The translations under genes were made by a program, and so were the position numbers. A stretch of 64,000 nt of DNA from a virus. Shown here in pieces: positions 18,610 through 25,285 of the stretch. The DNA lies in IMG/VR virus record IMGVR_UViG_3300021170_000016, positions 2,320 through 66,319 of that record. The stretch is one strand, 5' to 3'. The notes under the pieces are model-generated. The model saw nothing but the letters and a program-made list of their open reading frames with translations, made no database searches and was not told the origin of the DNA. The first letter of the stretch is position 1, and every line of letters starts with the position of its first letter.

Positions 18610-18930
18610 GCCCGCTGCTTTGTGGAGCCACTGCATATTCTCATCGAGCGCGCTTGGATTGTCGCCGCGGCGCTCAAACATATAACACATGGCCGCAGCC
18701 TCGAAGCTCGTGAAGCGCATGTCTGGCTTGCCTTCCACCAGCACGTAATGAACACCCTTGCGGTTGCGCACCAGCCGCACACGCGCGATATATGTAGCAA
18801 GCACGCGATCCAACGGTCCCCAACTCGTCAGCTCTTCTATCTTGCTCTCGTTGCCGTCGTGCAGCTCGATGGCCTGCCACGAGTCGCTGATCAGCCCAAG
18901 GCTCGCTGGCGTCACGTCTGCATACCTCAT
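18595..18930 (-). CDS. hypothetical protein
   Basis: ATGA overlap, GGAG RBS. Confidence 0.6.
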   Translation of the reverse strand: MRYADVTPASLGLISDSWQAIELHDGNESKIEELTSWGPLDRVLATYIARVRLVRNRKGVHYVLVEGKPDMRFTSFEAAAMCYMFERRGDNPSALDENMQWLHKAAGLTYS

Positions 18931-19265
18931 CGGTTCATCTCCATTGTGGCCACCATGATAGCAACGTCTATGTCTGCGTAGCCTCGTCTCAGCGCGCGCT
19001 CTGCGAGACTCCGGTCCTGCAACCATGCTCGGACGCTGACCGAGCGCTTGGGTGGATAGATGCAATATAGTCCACCACCATCGCGAAGGATCAGCCACGT
19101 CTGATAAGCTGCGAGCGTGTTGAGCGTGTGCCACGTCTCGCCGATCGAGACATAGCGCCCTTCGCGCGTCACCTGCCCGATGAGTTGAAACACCTCAGCC
19201 GCCTCGGGCAGCACGTGCTTGCTCGTCAGCCTGCGCAAGTGCTCCGTTGGTTCGCCTGCCATCAT
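18927..19265 (-). CDS. hypothetical protein
   Basis: GGAGG RBS. Confidence 0.65.
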   Translation of the reverse strand: MMAGEPTEHLRRLTSKHVLPEAAEVFQLIGQVTREGRYVSIGETWHTLNTLAAYQTWLILRDGGGLYCIYPPKRSVSVRAWLQDRSLAERALRRGYADIDVAIMVATMEMNR

Positions 19266-19603
19266 TCGCCTCCTCTCAAGAACAGAGCCAGCCGCCTGCG
19301 CGCTTCGAGCTTGCTCAGCGCCTCCTGGCCCTGCGCACGCGCGAGACTCTCCTCGCGATGTATAGCCGTGCCGCGCAGCTTGGGGTCATACTTGGTGAGG
19401 TATGCTCGCCTCTCTTCACTGATTTGAACCGGTCGCAGTATGTCGCGCTCGCTTCGATCGCCCGACGCGATGCGCTTGCGAATCGTCTGATACGACAAGT
19501 CCTTCGCTCTACCAAAACGGTGATAGATTTCGATCGCCGTCATTTGATTACCATAGAACTCAATGGCTGGCACAACTCGATCGGTCTTACGCTTGCGGCC
19601 CAT
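19262..19603 (-). CDS. putative HTH DNA-binding protein
   Basis: MTAIEI...LSYQTIRKRIASG. Confidence 0.6.
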   Translation of the reverse strand: MGRKRKTDRVVPAIEFYGNQMTAIEIYHRFGRAKDLSYQTIRKRIASGDRSERDILRPVQISEERRAYLTKYDPKLRGTAIHREESLARAQGQEALSKLEARRRLALFLRGGE

Positions 19604-19904
19604 TGTCCTCTCCTTTGACCCAGAACGGCCAGCGATAGCCGTCTATATAGTTATGCTCGCCGTTGTATCGTCCGCTCGTCTCCATCATCTTCGCCTCGAA
19701 CTCCGTGACGCGCATTCCCCCAACATCCGATCCGCAGCCTGGGCATCTATTGTGCGACAAGCTACCAGCCGGACTCTCCACCATGACGATATCGCACGGC
19801 TCGCAGCGCATCACGTAGCTTGCCCAAGGTTGACTCTCCAGATGCTTGCGCAATCGCTCCGCGCGGGGCTTGGTCCATGGATCGAGATACTCCTCACCGC
19901 TCAT
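19587..19904 (-). CDS. putative Zn-ribbon protein
   Basis: CEPC...CPGC. Confidence 0.6.
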   Translation of the reverse strand: MSGEEYLDPWTKPRAERLRKHLESQPWASYVMRCEPCDIVMVESPAGSLSHNRCPGCGSDVGGMRVTEFEAKMMETSGRYNGEHNYIDGYRWPFWVKGEDNGPQA

Positions 19905-20116
19905 TGATCCACTCCCTTGACGCTTCGCCCGCGCGGCTTGCCTGCCGGCATAATAAGTCGGCCAAGCTGCTCGTCAGTGACCACGCAATCAGCAACCATT
20001 AACTTATTTATACGTTGTCGCATGGCGTGCGGTGATGGATGCGGCTCTCTACCGAGCGTGCAAAGCTGATCGATCGTCCACCATTGCCCGTCAGGCGTGC
20101 CTATCGAAATCGTCAT
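19901..20116 (-). CDS. small basic, putative DNA-binding protein
   Basis: AGGAGG RBS; TIDQLC...AMRQRI...KPRGR. Confidence 0.6.
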   Translation of the reverse strand: MTISIGTPDGQWWTIDQLCTLGREPHPSPHAMRQRINKLMVADCVVTDEQLGRLIMPAGKPRGRSVKGVDQ

Positions 20117-20133
20117 TTGATCCTCCTAGGGGC

Positions 20134-20152
20134 GAGTCAAGATCATTGACTC
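20134..20152. promoter_or_regulatory. 19-bp dyad element copy 7, just downstream of a promoter
   Basis: GAGTCAAGATCATTGACTC. Confidence 0.85.
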
Positions 20153-20162
20153 AAGAGGAGGC

Positions 20163-20191
20163 GATTAAGCACATAGAGACTATCATGTCAA
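20163..20191 (-). promoter_or_regulatory. sigma70-like promoter
   Basis: TTGACA-17 bp (ending GC)-TTAATC. Confidence 0.55.
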
Positions 20192-20192
20192 A

Positions 20193-20545
20193 TTAGAGAG
20201 TTCTTGGACAACTCGTCGGCGCGATTTGGACGGCGCAGCGAAAAGTATAGTCACGCGCGGAGCGCCTGTTCTCTAAGGCGAGCGCTATGCTTGGCTGAAA
20301 TGGATATACGATCTCATGGGAAGTCAAGGTAATAGAGACGTTTTAGATATTAGGGGTGAGGAGGTGCGAGCGCGCAATCGGTGAGGAGCAGTCAAAATGT
20401 CTCTATATAACCTACATTCTTTTCAGAAGTATATCCTTACAGACTCATTCCTGGCCAAACCCTAGGGTCCTGGCGTTCCGCAAGTGTCCAACCTAGCAAG
20501 ATGGTATAGGAAAACAGGGTGAGGAGTTGTCCAAGAACTCTCTAA
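20193..20545. repeat. perfect 22-bp inverted repeat around an AT-rich non-coding spacer
   Basis: TTAGAGAGTTCTTGGACAACTC (20193-20214) and GAGTTGTCCAAGAACTCTCTAA (20524-20545). Confidence 0.9.
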
Positions 20546-20603
20546 ACCTCTTAGAAGCGGCTCAAAGCAGCTTAAAATATCTTAGTAGTAATATACACAT
20601 ACG

Positions 20604-20630
20604 AAAAAGCCCGGGATTGCGCCCGGGCTT
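20604..20630 (-). terminator. Rho-independent terminator
   Basis: AAGCCCGGG/CCCGGGCTT stem with T-run on minus strand. Confidence 0.8.
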
Positions 20631-20656
20631 CACCTATTAAAGTGTTGTGTGGTTGG

Positions 20657-21310
20657 TTAGGTCGCTTCGGCCGGCGTCACATCCTTGACCTTCATGGCGC
20701 GCGCCATGTCGACGGGGAAGCGTCGCAGAAGGTCGCCAACGTCGCCCTTGACGAGAGCCGCGTTCATGTTGACGTTCTTTTTGATGAGCCGCGCGATGCG
20801 AAGCGCGAAGGTATTCATGTCCGCGGCCGACTCCCAGCGAGTCAGCGCAGGAAGCAGCGCCTCGGGCAACTGCGCCTTGTCCTTGGACTTGTCCTTTTCG
20901 GCGACCTTGCTCGGTCGCGCCTTGCGCTTCGTTCCGTCTTGCGCCGACGGAGCGCCAGCGAGGAGTCTGATTTGGCTCCAAGTAGCAATGGCGACGCGAC
21001 ACGCGTTGTGCTGCGTCAAGGTGCGGTGTCCGTCGCCCGCGCCATCCTTGTAGGGTTTGAGGGACAAGATCGCGAGCGCAGCCTTTTCGGTCTTGCAATC
21101 CAGCGACGCAGCGACGCGGCCTGCCTTGTATGCGTCGGCAATGGACGCAACCTGATCTTTGTTCGCCCAGTCGAGCTTGCACGCCTTGATAGCGTCCACG
21201 ACGGTCTGGAGCGAGCGGCCTTGAGCGCGCGCTGCAACGAAGACTGCGTTACGGTTTGTATCTGTTGAGTTAGACATATGAGATTCCTTCGTTCGGTTTA
21301 AGCAAGGCAC
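20657..21310 (-). CDS. hypothetical early protein, paralog of 21728..22360
   Basis: WSQIRLLAGAPSAQDG motif; likely starts at MSNSTD after AAGGA RBS. Confidence 0.75.
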   Translation of the reverse strand: MPCLNRTKESHMSNSTDTNRNAVFVAARAQGRSLQTVVDAIKACKLDWANKDQVASIADAYKAGRVAASLDCKTEKAALAILSLKPYKDGAGDGHRTLTQHNACRVAIATWSQIRLLAGAPSAQDGTKRKARPSKVAEKDKSKDKAQLPEALLPALTRWESAADMNTFALRIARLIKKNVNMNAALVKGDVGDLLRRFPVDMARAMKVKDVTPAEAT

Positions 21311-21331
21311 ACTACGTGCCCCGCAAGAAAC

Positions 21332-21360
21332 AACCTAATTGAACGTATGGCATAAGTCAA
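21332..21360 (-). promoter_or_regulatory. sigma70 promoter
   Basis: TTGACT-17 bp-TAGGTT. Confidence 0.65.
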
Positions 21361-21367
21361 GAGGCCT

Positions 21368-21386
21368 GAGTCAAGATCATTGACTC
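21368..21386. promoter_or_regulatory. 19-bp dyad element copy 8, 7 bp upstream of a -35 box
   Basis: GAGTCAAGATCATTGACTC. Confidence 0.85.
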
Positions 21387-21532
21387 GGCGCGGGGGTTGC
21401 TTGTTGCAGAAATTCTTCCGTGCGAAGGGGTGGGCAGGGGGATTTTGGCGATGCGTAGAGTGAGTTCACCATCGCCCACGCATTTTTTCTCAAAATTTGC
21501 GAAATCAACACCCTCAAAAGTATCAACTGGAT

Positions 21533-21566
21533 AAAAAAGGAGGAGGACCCTTGCGAGTCCTCCCCA
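21533..21566 (-). terminator. Rho-independent terminator
   Basis: GGAGGAC...GCAA loop...GTCCTCC then TTTTTT on minus strand. Confidence 0.8.
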
Positions 21567-21614
21567 GTCAAGCCGCGCACAGGGCGTTGGGGGCTTGGAT
21601 GTGCGCGGCGTCCC

Positions 21615-21725
21615 TCAAAGTAGGGCGGCGCAGGAGGCGAGAAGTCCCATTACGAACCCTGCTGCGCCGCAGAGCATGATGAGGGCCCAGGGGACCGGCT
21701 TGTTGTCGTCCTCAGGGTCGAACAT
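21615..21725 (-). CDS. 36-aa membrane micro-protein (MFDPEDDNKPVPWALIMLCGAAGFVMGLLASCAALL)
   Basis: manual translation; GAGG RBS; lies between gene stop and terminator. Confidence 0.6.
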   Translation of the reverse strand: MFDPEDDNKPVPWALIMLCGAAGFVMGLLASCAALL

Positions 21726-21727
21726 GG

Positions 21728-22360
21728 CTATGCCGCCTCACGCTGCTTCTCGATGACCTTCACCGACATGATGAAGTCGTGGAAGGCCGACCGGTAGTCG
21801 CCCATCTTCACGTGTGCGTTCCGCTTCTCGAACGCAGTGATCGTGTCGACGAGCCACGTGGCGAAGGTAGCGACGTCATCCGGCGCTGCGACGCGAGGGA
21901 AGACTTTCGCGACGACGGGTGCGAGCGCCTTGGGGGACGTCACCGTCTCCGCGGCGGTAGGACGCGCCGTCACGGTGTTGTCGTTCGCGCCGGTCGTGGT
22001 CCTTGCGGCCCGCTTCGCCGGTGCGGCCCTGGTCGAGCCGTTGCGTGCGTTGGGTGCGCCTGCGAGGAGCCTCACGTTGCTCCAGCTGGACACCGCGGCG
22101 CGGTAGGCGCGCTGCTGAAGTTCGGACCTCTCCGTGCCCGAGAGCTTCATCACCTCCATCGCGGCGTCGCGCGAGGGCAGGCTGAGATACCCTGCGATGT
22201 GTCCGAGACGGAACTCGGATGCGATCAGTGCGACCGCCTCCTTGTCCGACCACTTGATCTTTGCGGACTTGAGCAGGTTGGCGCACTGGTAGGTTTCCCA
22301 GCCGGCCGTGCGGGCGGCTTCGTAGAGGTCGTTCATGAACTTCGTCACCTTGGCATTCAT
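21728..22360 (-). CDS. hypothetical early protein, paralog of 20657..21310
   Basis: WSNVRLLAGAPNARNG motif; AGGAG RBS. Confidence 0.8.
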   Translation of the reverse strand: MNAKVTKFMNDLYEAARTAGWETYQCANLLKSAKIKWSDKEAVALIASEFRLGHIAGYLSLPSRDAAMEVMKLSGTERSELQQRAYRAAVSSWSNVRLLAGAPNARNGSTRAAPAKRAARTTTGANDNTVTARPTAAETVTSPKALAPVVAKVFPRVAAPDDVATFATWLVDTITAFEKRNAHVKMGDYRSAFHDFIMSVKVIEKQREAA

Positions 22361-22443
22361 ACTCGTTACTCCTGGTTGGTGGGGATCGTTCCCCGAGGTC
22401 TCCCCTCATTCATGGATTGCTGTGATTAGCTACCCATAATCAC

Positions 22444-22472
22444 ATCCTAGCATGCCCATATCCTTATGTCAA
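22444..22472 (-). promoter_or_regulatory. sigma70 promoter
   Basis: TTGACA-17 bp-TAGGAT. Confidence 0.75.
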
Positions 22473-22551
22473 GCCCTTCTTTGAGATAGGTTAATGGGCC
22501 GGGAACCCGACATAATTGACAAAACTGCGGCGGGTGGGGCATAAACTACCC

Positions 22552-22722
22552 ATGCCGACGCCCAAACCCGCCCTTATCGCCGTCAAGATGTCGTCGAAGC
22601 TCGCTCGCGCGCTCGGTGCGAAGCCCGCGGTCATGTTTGGGAGGTCGACCCTCCATCTGCCGGGCGGGCACATACTCGTTCGCGGCGATTTCTTCAGTTG
22701 GTTCGTTTGGAAGATGCAATGA
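22552..22722 (+). CDS. hypothetical protein
   Basis: ATGA coupling to the next gene. Confidence 0.45.
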   Translation: MPTPKPALIAVKMSSKLARALGAKPAVMFGRSTLHLPGGHILVRGDFFSWFVWKMQ

Positions 22723-23150
22723 ACGCCCTCACGAAGCCCATCGGTGCCTTCAAGGACCCTGCAGAGATCGGGTATCCCCCGACGCTGCCGGTCGAGATCG
22801 CGCTGCGTGAGTATGACGTGAAGACGATCTGCGAGGCGTATGGGATCGACTCAGAGCAGTGGGATTCGATCCGCACCAACCCGATCTTCATCAGCGACCT
22901 CAAGGCGCGGCTCGTGGAGCTGCAGACCGACGGAGTATCCTTCAAGATGAAGGCGCGGCTGCAGGCGGTCGAGTATCTCAAGCAGATGTGGACGCTCGCC
23001 GGGAGCAACGAGACGCCCGCGGCGGTGCGCGCGGACCTCATGAAATTCGTCGTGCGCGCGGCGGGGCTCGACGGGTCGAAGGACCAAGCGGCGGCGGCCG
23101 GCGCGGTCCTGGGCAACGCGCTGTCAATCACGCTGCACCTGGGGAAGTGA
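22698..23150 (+). CDS. putative terminase small subunit
   Basis: position before TerL, helical HTH-like N-terminus, C-terminal ITLHLG; likely starts 22719. Confidence 0.6.
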   Translation: MVRLEDAMNALTKPIGAFKDPAEIGYPPTLPVEIALREYDVKTICEAYGIDSEQWDSIRTNPIFISDLKARLVELQTDGVSFKMKARLQAVEYLKQMWTLAGSNETPAAVRADLMKFVVRAAGLDGSKDQAAAAGAVLGNALSITLHLGK

Positions 23151-23215
23151 CATGCCCCTCATCGCGATGTGGATGGCTTGGTGGACGTTGTTCTTCGCAC
23201 AATGGGAGCAGTGAC

Positions 23216-23398
23216 ATGGCGAGACAGTTCGAGATCACGCGGCGCGACGGCTACGTGTTCCTCTGGTGGCAGCAGGAGCTGGTCGCGACGATGTCCGAGA
23301 GCGAGTGGAGCTACGCGCTCGCGCACGCGACAGTCGCCCCGTCGAAGCGCGAGGTCGACCCTTTCGCGGCCGGCGCGGGCGAGCGGGTCCACACGTGA
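23216..23398 (+). CDS. hypothetical protein (MARQFEITRRDG...)
   Basis: GGAG RBS, protein-like composition. Confidence 0.55.
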   Translation: MARQFEITRRDGYVFLWWQQELVATMSESEWSYALAHATVAPSKREVDPFAAGAGERVHT

Positions 23399-23478
23399 TC
23401 CGCGCCGCGCTGGAGTTTGCCATCGGGGCCGCCTTCGTGGTAGGAGGGCTGATCCTCCTCTACCTCCTCCCGATGTGA
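23395..23478 (+). CDS. 27-aa membrane peptide
   Basis: GTGA overlap; single hydrophobic helix. Confidence 0.45.
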   Translation: MIRAALEFAIGAAFVVGGLILLYLLPM

Positions 23479-23488
23479 GAGCACGACC

Positions 23489-23716
23489 ATGGCTGCGATG
23501 ACAACCAACTCTTCCGTGCCGCCCGCTGTCCCTGCCGGTGGCAAGAAGCCCAACCCATTCGCGAAGAAGGGTGCGGCTCCCGCGGGCAAGGGGAAGGCCC
23601 CGGCCGGCAAAGGGGCCTCGCGCATCCCGCCCGGTGCGAAGCAGATCGGTTCGGCGAAGACCGGCCCGCTCGACGGCAAGACGCTCGCCAGCATGAAGAA
23701 CTCGATGAAGTTCTGA
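23489..23716 (+). CDS. small Lys/Gly/Pro-rich protein
   Basis: ORF ending 1 nt before TerL. Confidence 0.6.
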   Translation: MAAMTTNSSVPPAVPAGGKKPNPFAKKGAAPAGKGKAPAGKGASRIPPGAKQIGSAKTGPLDGKTLASMKNSMKF

Positions 23717-23717
23717 C

Positions 23718-25277
23718 GTGTCCGCGCACAACACCATCGACTATAAGCCCGCGCCGACGGTGCGGGACTTCATCGTCGACTACACGCCGGGTAAGCTGTT
23801 CTACGATTGGATCGTGGGTCCGGTCGGTTCGGGCAAGACGACGGGCCTCTTCATGAAGCTCGTCTACATGGCGCAGATGCAAGCGCCGCAGCCCGACGGC
23901 ATCCGGCGCTCGCGCGCAGTCGTCGTGCGCAACACCGCCCCGCAGCTGAACGACACCACACTCACGTCGTGGTTCTATTGGTTCAAGCCGGGGCAGGCTG
24001 GTAGCTGGTCCATCACCAACAAGACGTTCGTGCTGAAGTTCGGCGACGTCGAGTGCGAGGTGCTCTTCCGCCCGCTCGACACCGCTGATGACGTCAACCG
24101 CGTGCTCTCGCTCGAAGTCACCTTCGTGCTTATCGACGAGTTCGTGCAGATACCCAAGGCGATCGTCGACGCGCTCTCTGCCCGTTGCGGACGCTACCCC
24201 GCGAAGAAGGACGGCGGCGCGACCAACTGGGGCATGTGGGGCTCGTCCAATCCGAGCACGGAAGACAACTGGTGGTTCGACCACCTGCATGGCCGATCGG
24301 TGAAGAGGTTCTTCCGGTCGACGGGTAACGCAGACGCCGATCGTATGATCCGCGAGTTCGAGAGGAACCGCGGTGTCGACGGCGCGTTTGCTATCGGCAC
24401 ATTGGACGGTGGCACGGTGACGATCGGCGACGTCAACGAGACATACTTCAAGCAGCCGTCCGCGCTCGGGCCGGATGCGGAGAACATCGAGAACCTTCCC
24501 GGCGAGCGCGGCTATTACGATAGCGTGACGAAGGGGAAATCCGATGAGTGGATCAAGCAGTTCGTCGAGTGCGAGTGGGGCTTCTCCGTCGCGGGCAAGC
24601 CCGTCATCGCTGCCTTCAAGCCGCAGCGTCATATCTCCCACCAGCTGCTGCGATACAACCCCCATCTACCTTTGGTGGCCGGCTTCGATCCTGGTCTTGC
24701 TGGTAGCGCTCTTGTTTTCGGGCAGCAGGACTTTCATGGTCGACTCCTAGTGCTGGGGGAGTTGGTGCAGGAGAACATGGGTTCGGAGAGGATCATCAGT
24801 GAGCGACTCAAGCCATACCTTCGTCGAAGATTCCCCGATGCTCGACTTATCGTTGCCCCTGATCCTGCATCCAACAATCGCGGCCAGCGTGATGAGGTTG
24901 CAGTCATCCAACCCTTCAAAGATAAGTTCGATGTGTCCATTGAATCCAACAACCGACTGCCGTTGCGGGTTGACGCATTGGATCACTTCTGCACCTATCT
25001 CACCGATGTCGGCGAGGCGCTGCTGGTAGACGAGAACATGTGCCCCAACGTCGTGCGCGCGCTCAAGGGCGGCTGGCGCTTCGCAATGGACTCGAAGAAG
25101 GACCAGATCAAAGGCGTTGATCCGGAGAAAAATGCGTGGTCGCATGTGGGCGACGCGACAGGCTATTTGGCGCGCTACTTCCACCGCCAGCAGGTGCGCG
25201 AGTTGCGTTACGGCGTGAAAGGCGGTAGTAGATTCGTTCCGCCGCGCAAATTCGGCCCGAGCTACCATCAGACGTGA
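23718..25277 (+). CDS. terL: terminase large subunit
   Basis: GPVGSGKT, VVRNT, VLIDE, SNP, GFDPG, HVGDA. Confidence 0.93.
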   Translation: MSAHNTIDYKPAPTVRDFIVDYTPGKLFYDWIVGPVGSGKTTGLFMKLVYMAQMQAPQPDGIRRSRAVVVRNTAPQLNDTTLTSWFYWFKPGQAGSWSITNKTFVLKFGDVECEVLFRPLDTADDVNRVLSLEVTFVLIDEFVQIPKAIVDALSARCGRYPAKKDGGATNWGMWGSSNPSTEDNWWFDHLHGRSVKRFFRSTGNADADRMIREFERNRGVDGAFAIGTLDGGTVTIGDVNETYFKQPSALGPDAENIENLPGERGYYDSVTKGKSDEWIKQFVECEWGFSVAGKPVIAAFKPQRHISHQLLRYNPHLPLVAGFDPGLAGSALVFGQQDFHGRLLVLGELVQENMGSERIISERLKPYLRRRFPDARLIVAPDPASNNRGQRDEVAVIQPFKDKFDVSIESNNRLPLRVDALDHFCTYLTDVGEALLVDENMCPNVVRALKGGWRFAMDSKKDQIKGVDPEKNAWSHVGDATGYLARYFHRQQVRELRYGVKGGSRFVPPRKFGPSYHQT

Positions 25278-25285
25278 GCTGACCA

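Noticed and set aside
5411-21386. Dyad repeats as a CRISPR array
   Set aside because: Copies are kilobases apart, in both orientations, with no regular spacers or cas operon
22516-22547. Plus-strand TTGACA...TAAACT late promoter
   Set aside because: The 20-bp spacer is too long for a canonical sigma70 call
24290-24440. Possible intein or intron in terL
   Set aside because: Only a short apparent in-frame insertion, with no Cys/Ser...His-Asn splice motifs
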